64,000 bases of DNA from an uncultured delta proteobacterium (GTDB lineage Bacteria; Desulfobacterota; Binatia; Binatales; Binataceae), in contig CAVRVY010000004.1 in NCBI GenBank assembly GCA_963724765.1, forward strand, positions 1,472,001-1,536,000, in the 5' to 3' direction. Below, piece by piece: positions 9,538 through 19,730 of this stretch. The notes beneath the pieces were generated by a model that worked only from the letters and a program-made list of their open reading frames with translations, was not told the DNA's origin and made no database searches. Made by a program: the position numbers and the translations under genes. Numbering within the stretch: the first letter of the stretch is position 1; each line of letters starts with the position of its first letter.

Positions 9538-10710
9538 TCATTTGGTAATCACGGTCAGCTCGTCGGGAAAGTTGCTGAGTTCTTTCAGGCCGTCCGCCGT
9601 CACCAGGAAATTTCTCTCCCACAGGAAATTTCCTAGCGCAGTGGCCGTGACCCATTCGGGGGCGATGACCATGCCCGGTTCCAACGTGAGGCCTTTGGGT
9701 GAGCGTGTTCCGAACCACGGACGTTCGACCACCTCTGCACCCAGGCAATGCCCCAGGAAGCTGCCTTGCAACAGGTCCCTGACATGATGTTTCTCGAACA
9801 CTGCGGTGGTATCCGATGCGATCTCGGCGAATGGGCGGCCCGGCCGCCACGCTTCCATAGCCTCCTGATAGACATCCTTGAGCTGGGCGTGTGTCTTTAC
9901 CTGATCCATGGTCGCGTCGCCCCAGGCGATAAGAATGTCGAAGTCGCAGGTGTAGCCGTTGTAGGTCGCGCCGGCGTCGAACCATTGCAAGTCTCCCGGC
10001 TGCATCGCACGGCCTGGGATTTGAGCGCCGAAAATGGCGCCGGTTGGATGCGTGGTGGAGAGCACCATACCGATCTCGTTGGCCCCCGCTTCGCGCTGGC
10101 ACGACAGCATCTCGAATATGAGGTCAAATTCGGTCATCTTACGGGAGATTCGCCCGCAGAAGGTCCTGAACGCAGCGTTCTGGATCTCCACTGCCCGGCG
10201 CATGCATGCGATCTCAGCCGGCGTCTTGATCATGCGCAAGCGCCCGAACAGCTTGCTGACATCGCGCACGTCGAAGCCACTCAGTTCGTGGCGCAAAATG
10301 TCGAGCTCCCCCGGACTGACGCCGGAGGGTGAACCGATGTCGACCCCCACTGTTCCGGAGCGAATGCCCCGGCTCTCGAGTATCTGGCGAATCATGCGAG
10401 GCCGATCGGCAGGAGACATCACCGGCCGAATGTCGCCAAAGTGGGTCTCTTGTGCGTACGCCTCAGCAATCGCGGTAAGGCCGGTCAAAGCCGGCTCGCC
10501 GGTCAAAGGAAGGACAACTTTCGGCAGGATCACCTGCTGCGTGTACTCTGGGATTCGTCCAGCCCCGGAACCGCCACGAAAGCCGCTGAGCCAAAATTGA
10601 TTTCCCGGACTGTAACCGACAATCGCCTGAACGCCGGCCTCAACCATGAGCGTGCGGGCCCGTTGGTAACGCCCGTCGAACTCGCTTTTGGGGAAAATTG
10701 GTTCAGCCAT
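9538..10710 (-). CDS. M24 (Xaa-Pro peptidase/creatinase) family protein
   Basis: LRMIKTPAEIACMR, FDAG..YNGYTCD, GHCLG, LEPGMVIAPE, ERNFLVT. Confidence 0.85.
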   Translation of the reverse strand: MAEPIFPKSEFDGRYQRARTLMVEAGVQAIVGYSPGNQFWLSGFRGGSGAGRIPEYTQQVILPKVVLPLTGEPALTGLTAIAEAYAQETHFGDIRPVMSPADRPRMIRQILESRGIRSGTVGVDIGSPSGVSPGELDILRHELSGFDVRDVSKLFGRLRMIKTPAEIACMRRAVEIQNAAFRTFCGRISRKMTEFDLIFEMLSCQREAGANEIGMVLSTTHPTGAIFGAQIPGRAMQPGDLQWFDAGATYNGYTCDFDILIAWGDATMDQVKTHAQLKDVYQEAMEAWRPGRPFAEIASDTTAVFEKHHVRDLLQGSFLGHCLGAEVVERPWFGTRSPKGLTLEPGMVIAPEWVTATALGNFLWERNFLVTADGLKELSNFPDELTVITK

Positions 10711-10771
10711 CAGTCGGTACCTTTCCGCCTACCCACCGGCGAGCCTGGGTGAACTGTCGACGAAGCGGCGC

Positions 10772-10884
10772 ACGCATCTGGAGTGGGCGGGCGAGTATGG
10801 CGAGTTGCAGGCCGCGAATCATCGCCTGGCGATCGTGATACCGGTCGCGCTCTGTCTGATCATGGGCGTCCTGTATGCAGCGAC
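10772..10884 (+). pseudogene. Relic of CusA/CzcA heavy-metal RND efflux gene
   Basis: HLEWAGEYGELQAANHRLAIVIPVALCLIMGVLYAA resembles the periplasmic-to-TM8 segment of CzcA. Confidence 0.6.
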
Positions 10885-10938
10885 ACATCCATCAGCTTTG
10901 GGAGGAAGGTCACTCGCTCGTCGCCGCTCCCCCGCGAT

Positions 10939-12270
10939 TTACTTCAAGCTCAACTCGCTCAAGCACTCACGATCTACGACTGGTACGCGCTTAGCGCCCG
11001 GCGCCAGCTTGAGACTTCCGGGGATGCGCTCAAACGGGTCGAGAAGGCCTATCTCCTTTGCGTGCGCCTTAAGTGTGGGTATTACCTCCTGGGCGAATAA
11101 TCGCATGCTGGTACGGCGATCGTCATCGGCCACCGGCCCCTGGATACTCAGAATAATGAAAATTCCGATGCGCAGTACACTCATAATAGTCTTGATCTTC
11201 GGTATGATGGTCTCTGGCGTGCCGGCGAGCACCTGCATGTTCTGCTGCCCCCGCAGCAGCGCGGCGTGTAGCTTGCGGCGAATCTCAGCGTAATCGATCG
11301 GCCCGGCATCGGCGCCATGCATTTGCTCTCTTACTTTCTCGCCGCTAATACCTAACCACGCACTGGTCTGTTGTTTGGCGAGTATCCGGATTGCGGCCTT
11401 GGAGTTGTATCCCGGCGGCATCGTATACTGCGGTGCGGAAAAGGCATTCTGGCCGCCGCCATATACGAACCCTTCCGCCAGCGCTTGGGCTTTTTCCTCG
11501 GTTTCGGCCAGCACGGTCGCAACCATATAGCCGAAGTTCTCGGGACCTGCCTGGTAGCCATGTTTGGCGGCCTCGTCAGCGTAGAAGTCCCACAGGTCAC
11601 AGGTTGGCGCCAGCGGTGTGCCGAGACCTATGTATGGATAACGATGCTCGGCGCACCATTGCACGGTTTCGGGACTGAGCGTGCCCGGAATCCACATCGG
11701 TGGGTACGGCTTCTGGTACGGCAGCGCCCATGGATTCACGTGGCGGTAATGGAAATGCCTGCCCTCGTAGCGCCAGGGGCCGGGTCTTGTCCAGGCCTGC
11801 ACGATGAAGTCGTGCGCCTCGTTGAACATCTCACGATTGTAAGCAGGATTGGCGTTGTTGAAGAACTGCTCACTGCCTGCGCCACGCACCCATCCGGTGA
11901 CCAGGCGACCGCGCGAGATTAAATCGATCTCGGCCAGTTCCTCAGCCATCCGCAACGGATGTTTGATTACCGGCAACGGGTTGCCGATTAAAACGAGGCG
12001 CACCCGTTTGGTTCGATAGGCGAGCACGGCGGCCTCGACATTCATCACCGACCCCATGCATATTGGGTTGCCGTGATGCTCGTTGAGCGCGACTGCGTCG
12101 AAGCCAAGGTCCTCGGCGTAGCAGTTTTCGTCGAGATAGTAATGGTAATCGTCAGCCGCCTTTTCGCGGTCGTATAACCTATTGGAGACGGCGAAAAACC
12201 CGCCGTTTTTGAGAATCTCTTCTTCCGGCAGCCATCGATACGGACGTTCGGTAAAATAGCCTACCTGCAT
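10939..12270 (-). CDS. LLM-class flavin-dependent oxidoreductase
   Basis: LGFDAVALNEHH, HPLRMAEELAEIDLISRGRL, PYQKPYPPMW. Confidence 0.92.
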   Translation of the reverse strand: MQVGYFTERPYRWLPEEEILKNGGFFAVSNRLYDREKAADDYHYYLDENCYAEDLGFDAVALNEHHGNPICMGSVMNVEAAVLAYRTKRVRLVLIGNPLPVIKHPLRMAEELAEIDLISRGRLVTGWVRGAGSEQFFNNANPAYNREMFNEAHDFIVQAWTRPGPWRYEGRHFHYRHVNPWALPYQKPYPPMWIPGTLSPETVQWCAEHRYPYIGLGTPLAPTCDLWDFYADEAAKHGYQAGPENFGYMVATVLAETEEKAQALAEGFVYGGGQNAFSAPQYTMPPGYNSKAAIRILAKQQTSAWLGISGEKVREQMHGADAGPIDYAEIRRKLHAALLRGQQNMQVLAGTPETIIPKIKTIMSVLRIGIFIILSIQGPVADDDRRTSMRLFAQEVIPTLKAHAKEIGLLDPFERIPGSLKLAPGAKRVPVVDRECLSELSLK

Positions 12271-12313
12271 CCACGCACTCCTTTGCGAATCGTCCCGTGT
12301 GATCTTCCCCGGC

Positions 12314-13099
12314 TCACGCCGCGAGAAATTTGCGCACTATGCGATCGAATTCCGCCGGGTTTTCCATCTCCGGGCGATGTCCCACGCCTTCGACCAGCGC
12401 AACCTGCGCGCCCTCGATCGCCGCGTGATAGGCCTCGATACACCCGCGCGGCACGATTCGGTCGCGCGTGCCCCACATGAGTAGGGTGGGGATTTTCAGC
12501 CCGCGTAGCAGGTAGGGCAAGCTGGGATTGTGCATGAACGGCTCCCAGCCTATTCGAGCGGTCTCCGAACGTGCGTCCTCGAACGCCTCGAACTGCTCGG
12601 GCGTCATGTGTGCACCGTAGGTCGTCGTAAACTCTGGAGTGTCCGCGGCCTCGGCGACTGTGGCGAGCAGGTGGTTGCGAACCGTCAACGCAAAAATATC
12701 CAGAATCTCGCCGTCCACCGGCTTTATTCCCATCGGCGCGACCAGCACCATCCGCGAAAAAATCTGCGGATCGGCAGCCGCCATCTCCGCTGCGATAAAT
12801 CCGCCCGCCGAGAAGCCAATCACGTCGATTGGCGCGGCACCCAATTCGCGGATGATTTGCGAGTATAAGCCCGCCAGGTCACGATAGCTGCGGATCCAAT
12901 CTATGCGCTCGGTGCGGCCGAATCCGGGCTGGAGCGGAATTATCAGCGCGCGCTCCTGCGCGACGCGCTCATTCCACGAAAGCCAGCCCGGATAGCCGAG
13001 CTCGTCGTGTAGAATGAGCATCGATTCGCCGGCGCCGCCGCGAATCACAGCGATTTCCGCGCCCGCTGCGCGGACGATTTTCTCGGTCGGGGTCGTCAC
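12314..13099 (-). CDS. Alpha/beta hydrolase fold protein
   Basis: GFSAGG nucleophile elbow, WGTRD, GHRPEME. Confidence 0.88.
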   Translation of the reverse strand: MTTPTEKIVRAAGAEIAVIRGGAGESMLILHDELGYPGWLSWNERVAQERALIIPLQPGFGRTERIDWIRSYRDLAGLYSQIIRELGAAPIDVIGFSAGGFIAAEMAAADPQIFSRMVLVAPMGIKPVDGEILDIFALTVRNHLLATVAEAADTPEFTTTYGAHMTPEQFEAFEDARSETARIGWEPFMHNPSLPYLLRGLKIPTLLMWGTRDRIVPRGCIEAYHAAIEGAQVALVEGVGHRPEMENPAEFDRIVRKFLAA

Positions 13100-13383
13100 G
13101 ATTTCCTCCTCGGGCTCCTTCGCGCAAGCGCAATCCTTTATCGCGATTGCGGCCGCCGCGTGTCGGCGTATCGTCAGCTTGTTCGCAGCGGACGCGGTCT
13201 CGGATGCCCGGGTACAATTTCTGCACGCCGAAGAATCTCTCGCAGGAATCGATCACCACTGTCAAATACACCATGAGGTTTTCGATAGGCACAAAATCGC
13301 CGCGCGATAGGAATCAGAACCGGTTTGGTCCGGTCGGTTACCTTCCGCTGGCAGATTGATCAGACCGAAGTCAAAAATCGGCA

Positions 13384-14223
13384 TCAGGGGCTAGGTGCGT
13401 TGTCGCGATCTTCGCCGTTATCCGTATCGGCCGCGCCCGAATCGCTCGTATCGGTGTCCGTAGAGCTCGCGCTGGACGCGCTCGGGCCGGCCTCGGGGCG
13501 CGCTGGACCGGCGTCAGCAGCCGCACCAGCGGGATTGATGTAGCGGGCGGTATAGGCTGCGTGCAAATTCGCCTCTGCCGCTTGTGCGGCGGCCGAGGTC
13601 GGGTAGGGCCCGACCTGCAGCCGATACCAGGTTTGACCGTCAATCTGGCTCTGTACGATACGTGAGGTGTAGCCGACGGCGAGCAGTCGCGACGCCATCC
13701 GCTCCGCCGCTGCGGGGTCCATCGCGGCGTCGATCACGATTTTGTATCCGCGATGGCGAGTCGCGGCGCGCGGCGGCGGAGCCCTGACCGCGCCGTGCTC
13801 TACGTCGGTGCCTGTTTCATCGCCGGGAGCTGCAGAATCGTCCCGCCCTCCGGCGGTCGTCGGCCGACGTGCCGGCGGGACGCTCGCCAGGGCCAGATGC
13901 GGCGGGGCCTTGTACTCTTGCGCCGGCTTGGCCCGCGCCGCGGGCGATATGTTCTCGGAGGCGACCGCGGCTTGCAAGGGCGACTTTGGCGTTGCGGCAG
14001 CGACCGGAGCGGCCGGCGGCTGGGCCAGTTCATCGGCTTGCGACGGCGTAGCGGCGCCCGCACCGTTGGGCATCGGATAGATACTTACGTGCTGGCTTTG
14101 CCCCTGTTCGCTCTGCGCAATCTTGCGCTCGGAAATCATTCCCAGCAAGAACACCGCGCCCGACAGGACCAGCAATCCGACCAGGACGACAAATCCGCCA
14201 CCTCGTCCGATTTCAAAACGCAT
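13384..14223 (-). CDS. Membrane-anchored SPOR-domain protein
   Basis: N-terminal TM helix, Pro/Ala linker, WYRLQVGPY..AAAAQAA. Confidence 0.8.
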   Translation of the reverse strand: MRFEIGRGGGFVVLVGLLVLSGAVFLLGMISERKIAQSEQGQSQHVSIYPMPNGAGAATPSQADELAQPPAAPVAAATPKSPLQAAVASENISPAARAKPAQEYKAPPHLALASVPPARRPTTAGGRDDSAAPGDETGTDVEHGAVRAPPPRAATRHRGYKIVIDAAMDPAAAERMASRLLAVGYTSRIVQSQIDGQTWYRLQVGPYPTSAAAQAAEANLHAAYTARYINPAGAAADAGPARPEAGPSASSASSTDTDTSDSGAADTDNGEDRDNAPSP

Positions 14224-14276
14224 GTGTCTTTACTCGCCATCCCGGATCTTTGCGGCGGCTCTGTACACAAACTGTT

Positions 14277-14675
14277 TCAGTTGGAAGCTTCCGTTTTGAA
14301 ATCACTGGACCGTGGGCGATGCGCGGACGTAAATCGTTTCAAGCGACCGCTATGATTTTGGATGCCGGAGCGCAGGCGACCGGCGTTGATGCTTAAGGCC
14401 TCGCACACACTGACGAAGGCAAACGGGCCTGATTCCTCGTCGGAGCTCAGCCATTCGGCAGCCTCAAGGAACGCCGGGCTGTTGTCGAAAGCAGTTTCGC
14501 CACCATCGCGAAGATAACATCGAATTGCGTCTTCGAGCACTGCGAACAAGAGCCTTCGTTCGCCTTCCGAAATGAGGTTCTTCCGGCGCGTGTCGTTGTA
14601 TTGTGTCGGCAGAATGCCGATTTCATGAAAAATACTGGGCAGGTCGTCCGCCGCGGCATATGTGTCCATCGCCAT
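14277..14675 (-). CDS. Conserved hypothetical protein (ERRLLFAVLEDAI...W...F..VCEAL family)
   Basis: Compact ORF with RBS (GAGGAG) and an upstream sigma54-type site. Confidence 0.7.
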   Translation of the reverse strand: MAMDTYAAADDLPSIFHEIGILPTQYNDTRRKNLISEGERRLLFAVLEDAIRCYLRDGGETAFDNSPAFLEAAEWLSSDEESGPFAFVSVCEALSINAGRLRSGIQNHSGRLKRFTSAHRPRSSDFKTEASN

Positions 14676-14762
14676 GATGGCTCTCCTCGTTGATTTGACT
14701 TTTTTAATGGCTTTTCATGCGGTGAGAGCAAACATTCGTCAAGGCAACTCGACCAAACGCAA

Positions 14763-14778
14763 AGCATTCCGCATGCCA
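14763..14778 (-). promoter_or_regulatory. sigma54-type promoter
   Basis: TGGCATGCGGAATGCT (GG-N10-GC). Confidence 0.55.
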
Positions 14779-15063
14779 TCGTGGCGATCCATTGAAGTCT
14801 GAGTGAACTACGACTGCTTTTTACGGGTCGAATTTGGAAATTCTACGCTCAGCTCCCATTTTTGCAAAAATGTCAAGCAAATTATTTCGGCAGATTGTAA
14901 ACGCCGCCGAGATGACGTCGCCTGGTTTAGTGAACATGCCGTCGAAACCGCCCGTGACCAGCGAGGCCTTCACCGCGACCCCTCTACGCAATCCGTCAAA
15001 AAATCGTCGGCAAGCTGCGTTAGAATCCGGCTTTTTTAGGCAAGAAATTCAGGAATGTTTATC

Positions 15064-15079
15064 GGGCACAGTCATTGCG
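15064..15079 (+). promoter_or_regulatory. sigma54-type promoter
   Basis: GGGCACAGTCATTGCG (GG-N10-GC). Confidence 0.55.
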
Positions 15080-15204
15080 TGGCTCTGGCAGCGTCGCCGT
15101 GCCATGGCGACTAAAAGGGCAGATTAGTAAAGGAGGGGCGATATAGGGACAAAGACTTTGCCAATAACGAATCTCAAGCAGAACTTTTGCCGGGAGGAGT
15201 AACG

Positions 15205-15753
15205 ATGAAAGTATTTGCGATTGGATTCACAGCGCTCTTGTTCGCCTTGGGCGCCACCCAGGTGCTCGCCGTCACAACCGAGCAACGCTACATGAGCATT
15301 AAAGGCACAGCGGCCACTGCGGTCGGGGGTCAGTGCTCTGAAGGTTATGCTGATCAGTGCCCCACAAACAGTTGCACTTGCGTAGAGGTCTCCAGTGCCA
15401 CGGTCGCCAACGTGACCGGGGAGCCTAGTTTGGCCGGGAAGGGGACTGCCGACCTGTTCCTGACATTCGACAACGGTGCGGCCACCGTGAGCGGCGTCGA
15501 CGATTGCACACCCTTCTTTGGAGTCGCGGAGTTGACCACCACCCGCGGCGGAAAGGCTTCCTCGGAAACGCTCAACCTTGTCGGAGTGAACTGCTCTCCT
15601 CTAACAACCGCCAACAGTCCAATACTGGGAGGATTCGGGATTTCGACCAGCCCGGCTCCGGTAAACGGCGGAAAAGGCTACGGAAAAATCAGCGGGTTCC
15701 TCGATCCCTCGGGCAACGTATCGATCACGCTTCATGGCCCAATCACCGAGTAA
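15205..15753 (+). CDS. Secreted Cys-rich beta-strand protein (paralog 1)
   Basis: Signal peptide MKVFAIGF..VLA; GGAGG RBS; 6 Cys. Confidence 0.8.
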   Translation: MKVFAIGFTALLFALGATQVLAVTTEQRYMSIKGTAATAVGGQCSEGYADQCPTNSCTCVEVSSATVANVTGEPSLAGKGTADLFLTFDNGAATVSGVDDCTPFFGVAELTTTRGGKASSETLNLVGVNCSPLTTANSPILGGFGISTSPAPVNGGKGYGKISGFLDPSGNVSITLHGPITE

Positions 15754-15804
15754 TGGACCCGAGCGAGGAATCAACGCCTGAAGAGAGAGAAGAGAGGAAG
15801 GATC

Positions 15805-16371
15805 ATGCGCAAACAAATCACCTTGTTGGCAATCGCGATTGTGGCGCTCGGCGCCTCGCCGGCGCTGGCTATAAACGCGACGTTCATCGTTACGGGCCGT
15901 CTCGGGGTTACTACCACGGCCAGCAAATGCACGTCTTTGTCCTACCCTTCCATGTGTCCGTCCTCTGACAAGTGCGTCTGTTACACGGCCACAAAGACTT
16001 CGCTTCACACCGCAACAGGAGGGCCTCTGACCATTCCGCCGGGAACTACCGAGGTGGCCGTATCAGTAGACCAATCGGACAAGGCCAGCTCTCCTGGCTG
16101 CAGGCCCGCCTGGGGTGAGATTCAGTATAACCAGACTGGCGGGTCCGACACGGCGACGATCGAATTCTTTGCCTCACTATGCCAGCCACTTGCGGCTACC
16201 CTGCCCCAGAGCTTCTCTGGCGGTGGCGCCTTGACGAACGCTACGCTGAAAGTCGACGGAATCCCGATAACCGGAATTACCGGCTTCGGAACTGCTACCG
16301 GAACATATTCCGCGGCGCCTACCGGGAGTAACTTGACCCTGAATCTGACAGCGTCCGTTCCCGTTCCCTGA
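15805..16371 (+). CDS. Secreted Cys-rich beta-strand protein (paralog 2)
   Basis: Signal peptide MRKQITLL..ALA; same 6-Cys spacing as the upstream gene. Confidence 0.8.
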   Translation: MRKQITLLAIAIVALGASPALAINATFIVTGRLGVTTTASKCTSLSYPSMCPSSDKCVCYTATKTSLHTATGGPLTIPPGTTEVAVSVDQSDKASSPGCRPAWGEIQYNQTGGSDTATIEFFASLCQPLAATLPQSFSGGGALTNATLKVDGIPITGITGFGTATGTYSAAPTGSNLTLNLTASVPVP

Positions 16372-16428
16372 GATATCCAGGACTGCGCGTCACGGCGCAT
16401 AGCTGACATTACGAGCCCGGCCCGCTAC

Positions 16429-16465
16429 GGCGGCTCCAATGAAAAGTTGGAGCCGCCTTTCCTTT
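16429..16465 (+). terminator. Rho-independent terminator
   Basis: GGCGGCTCCAA-N7-TTGGAGCCGCC followed by TTTCCTTT. Confidence 0.75.
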
Positions 16466-16591
16466 CGCCCTGGCCTGCCATGAGATGCAGTTGTTTCGTA
16501 AAACGTGACGCTGGGACCCTTGACGACCAGGGGCGAAGGGTCGTAACTGGGTCCGAGCCCACGGCAGGCGCGCGGATTATCGAGGCAGGTT

Positions 16592-17383
16592 ATGAGCATC
16601 AACAAGCTCAAGGCGGCTCTCAAAGCAGGCGGCATCGCGCTCGGCACGATCGTTTGGGATTCCCGCGGACGCGGCGTGATGCATACGCTGGCCGCGGCCG
16701 GGATGGATTACGCCTGGATCTGCACCGAGCACTCAGCCTTCAACCTGGAGACCGTGGTCGACCTGGTCGCGCAGGCGCACGCCGCCGGGATCACGCCGAT
16801 CGTGCGCATTGCGGACCTGCAGTACGAGCACGTCACCCGGTTGCTGGACTCGGGATGCCAGAGCCTGATCTTGCCGCACATCAGGAGCGGCGCCGAAGTC
16901 CGCCGCTTCATCGAACTGGCGAAGTATTATCCGCAGGGCCGCCGTGGGATGGCCATCTACGCGGGCGCCAGCACCGACTACGAAGAGGTCGATTTGCCGG
17001 CGGCGATGGCCCATGCGAACGCCAACACGCTGCTCGCGGTAATGATCGAGACGCGCGAGGCCCTGGAGAACGCCGACGAGATCTTGGTCGACGGCGTGGA
17101 CCTCGCGATCGTCGGCCATCAGGACCTCACGCAAAGCCTCGGCATCCCGGGCCAGTACGACAGCCGCACTTTCCGCGAAGCGATCGAGAAGGTGCGGGCG
17201 CTGTGCGCTGCGCGCGGAATCGCGTTTACCGGGTTTGCCGCAAAGCCGGAAGACCTCAAGGCCGCGGTCGAGGGCGGCGCGCAGTTAATCCTCTATGGCA
17301 CCGACCTTATTCTGATGCGGCGCGAAGCAGAGCGCGCCGCGCAGGCGCTGGCGCCACTTCGAAAGCGCGCCGCCGGTAAGTGA
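16592..17383 (+). CDS. HpcH/HpaI aldolase family protein
   Basis: WICTEHS, IVRI, LILPHI, MIETREALEN, VGHQDL. Confidence 0.9.
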   Translation: MSINKLKAALKAGGIALGTIVWDSRGRGVMHTLAAAGMDYAWICTEHSAFNLETVVDLVAQAHAAGITPIVRIADLQYEHVTRLLDSGCQSLILPHIRSGAEVRRFIELAKYYPQGRRGMAIYAGASTDYEEVDLPAAMAHANANTLLAVMIETREALENADEILVDGVDLAIVGHQDLTQSLGIPGQYDSRTFREAIEKVRALCAARGIAFTGFAAKPEDLKAAVEGGAQLILYGTDLILMRREAERAAQALAPLRKRAAGK

Positions 17384-17424
17384 GCGCCGATGATCGCCGA
17401 ATCGATGGCCGAACTCCCGGCCGA

Positions 17425-18663
17425 CTAGCTTAGTTCGTTTTTATAGATGACCCCATCTTTCATGATGAGTTTCAGATTCTTCTCCGGCTGAGTCATAACG
17501 TGCACGTCATTGAGGGGATCCCCTTCTATGATCAGCAGATCAGCGTAGGCTCCAGGAGAAATCGTGCCTAGTTTTCCCTTTTGCATCAGCAAATCGGCGT
17601 TTATAGTCGTTGCGGACTGGATGATATTGACCGCGGAGTCCAATTCGATTCGCATCTCGAATTCCCGAAGTTGGGACTTTTGCGCTTCCGGTCCCCACAA
17701 ATCCGTTCCGAAGGCGATCGGGACGTGGCAATTTCTGGCCCACGAGTAAACCTGTTTTCCCTTGGCTACCGTCCGCTGGATATTGTCGACAATCGACGCC
17801 GACAAATGGGTTTCGCTCGCGCTTTCAATACGTTGAACGAGGGATATGAAGGTTGGATCGAAATAGGCATTGTTTTCCGCCATCATCGCGACGGTTTTCT
17901 CGCTCACGAAATTGGCATGTTCGATCGAGCGCACGCCGGCCTTGAGACATCGCCGCACCCCTTCGTCGGTATACACATGGGCCATGACGTAGGTGCCACG
18001 AGCGGCGGCCTCCTCCACGGCAGCTCGCAGTTCCGCTTCTGAAAATTCGTAGAGAGTCGAGTGGGATTCCGACGGAAACACGACGCCGCCTGATGCAAAT
18101 AGCTTGATCTGGGTTGCACCCTGACGCAGCTCCTCGCGGGCGGCCTTGCGCACCTCGTCGACGCCATCGGCAATCACCGACATGACGGAGAATGGGCTGA
18201 CATGACCGCATGGATCGATGTGCTCACTTGGGGTGCGAAAATCCGCCCCGCCGCCGGTCTGCGTCAGCGCTTTGCCAGAGTAGAAAAGCCTGGGCCCGAT
18301 TATGATGCCCTCGGCTATCAGTCGGGCGATCTGATAGTCCGCACCCCCCGCCTCGCGAATCGTCGTGAAGCCGTTCATGAGACTGTTACGCAAGTAGCTC
18401 GAAGCAGCAAAGGTGATCTCCGACGCAGAATAGGAAATGTTCTTAGGGCTGAGGGAAAGCCCGGTGATGTGTGCATGGGCGTCGATCAAGCCCGGCATGA
18501 GCGTTCTGCCGGCAACGTCGATGACCAATGCATCGGCATGATCGAGGGACCTCGGGGACACGGCGCTTATCAAGTTGCCGGTGACCAGAACGTTAAGGGA
18601 TGTCTGCAGATCTGCGAATCCTTCGCGAACGACGTTGGCATTTGTAAAGAGAATCTCAGGCAT
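17425..18663 (-). CDS. Metal-dependent amidohydrolase (Xaa-Pro dipeptidase-like)
   Basis: PGLIDAHAH, GFTTIREAGG, QIKLFASGG, AHVY, SIEH, FGTD, GAYADLL. Confidence 0.9.
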   Translation of the reverse strand: MPEILFTNANVVREGFADLQTSLNVLVTGNLISAVSPRSLDHADALVIDVAGRTLMPGLIDAHAHITGLSLSPKNISYSASEITFAASSYLRNSLMNGFTTIREAGGADYQIARLIAEGIIIGPRLFYSGKALTQTGGGADFRTPSEHIDPCGHVSPFSVMSVIADGVDEVRKAAREELRQGATQIKLFASGGVVFPSESHSTLYEFSEAELRAAVEEAAARGTYVMAHVYTDEGVRRCLKAGVRSIEHANFVSEKTVAMMAENNAYFDPTFISLVQRIESASETHLSASIVDNIQRTVAKGKQVYSWARNCHVPIAFGTDLWGPEAQKSQLREFEMRIELDSAVNIIQSATTINADLLMQKGKLGTISPGAYADLLIIEGDPLNDVHVMTQPEKNLKLIMKDGVIYKNELS

Positions 18664-19031
18664 GTATTGAATTCCCTGCGCCCACCGCTTAGCGCCTGTT
18701 ATCGGCCACGACCGGGCCATTGCGGCCTAATCGGCCCGCCCATGTTAGAACGTTTGCTTCGTAACTATATGCGACGCCGGACGGATCGGGATAGGTTCAG
18801 GTCAGACTTCGCCCCAGTGCGTCGCATCGGCGGCGATCATGAACTTCTTGCCGCTGCGCAGGCACTCGAGGCCAAGGTCGAAGCGCTGGTCGCCTCGGCC
18901 GTGTCCTGAAGTGATCCGATGAACGATTGGGTCGACGACTTAGGGCACACCGTCAAACGACGGTTATGGTTCGATATTTGAGGGTAGGCACTGCGGGATC
19001 CAGGTCTACATCGTCCTTTACCGTCGGAAAT

Positions 19032-19244
19032 TCATAGACCGCCCATCCAACGCAGAATCACATCTCTTCGGTATCGCCAATCGTTGCCGACGCGGAAACT
19101 CGATATCCTGCCGCGCTTGATCATCTTACAAAGCGTAGACGAGTCGATTCGCAGCAGCTCGGAAGCCTCTTCCAATGTCAGGATTTCACGGTCAGGGGCC
19201 GGGTTCCTGACGCGGACCCCGGGACCCAGTACCACACTATTCAT
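19032..19244 (-). CDS. Stand-alone excisionase-like HTH_17 DNA-binding protein
   Basis: ILTLEEASELLRI..STLCKMIKRGRISSFRVGNDWRY. Confidence 0.8.
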   Translation of the reverse strand: MNSVVLGPGVRVRNPAPDREILTLEEASELLRIDSSTLCKMIKRGRISSFRVGNDWRYRRDVILRWMGGL

Positions 19245-19304
19245 GAAGGCGCTCTCGAATGATTGGAAATGCTCTCCGCTGGCTCCGTTGGAAGATTTTG
19301 CCGG

Positions 19305-19538
19305 TCACGCGCGGTCTCGCATCACGTGCGCGCCTTCATTCTTGGCGCAGTCTGCACAGCAATAGATTTTACCGTCCTGCTCGGCGCCGTGACCGATAAT
19401 CCGGCAGCCGCAATGGGCGCAGGAGGGCGCCATCGCGTGGATGGCACATTCGAAGCTGTCGAAGGTCAACGTCCTGCCCGCCTGAGTGACGTTGAACGCC
19501 TTATCGTAGTCATTGCCACATACGTCGCATTTAGGCAT
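19305..19538 (-). CDS. Small Cys-rich putative Zn-binding (metallothionein/TRASH-like) protein
   Basis: CDVCGNDYDKAF..FDSFECAI..CAHCGC..CCADC; AGGAG RBS. Confidence 0.8.
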   Translation of the reverse strand: MPKCDVCGNDYDKAFNVTQAGRTLTFDSFECAIHAMAPSCAHCGCRIIGHGAEQDGKIYCCADCAKNEGAHVMRDRA

Positions 19539-19730
19539 GGCTTAGCTCCTGTCAACGGGTAAAGCAGGCTCGAGTCCGGCCATTCCGAATGTTTCTCGGC
19601 GATAAAAGGAACGTTTTTACCTTCATACGCCTCGGAGGTTGCTCCGCCTTACATTATTTTGAAAATGATACCGCAGCCCGCCATTGACCGATTTCAGATT
19701 TCCCTTGACGCTAGGCGCAATGACTATTTC

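Noticed and set aside
16447-17379. 310-aa Arg-rich plus-strand ORF
   Set aside because: Alternate frame of the HpcH aldolase gene
18815-18909. Possible amidase C-terminal relic (GDHELLAAAQALE)
   Set aside because: Too short to support a family call
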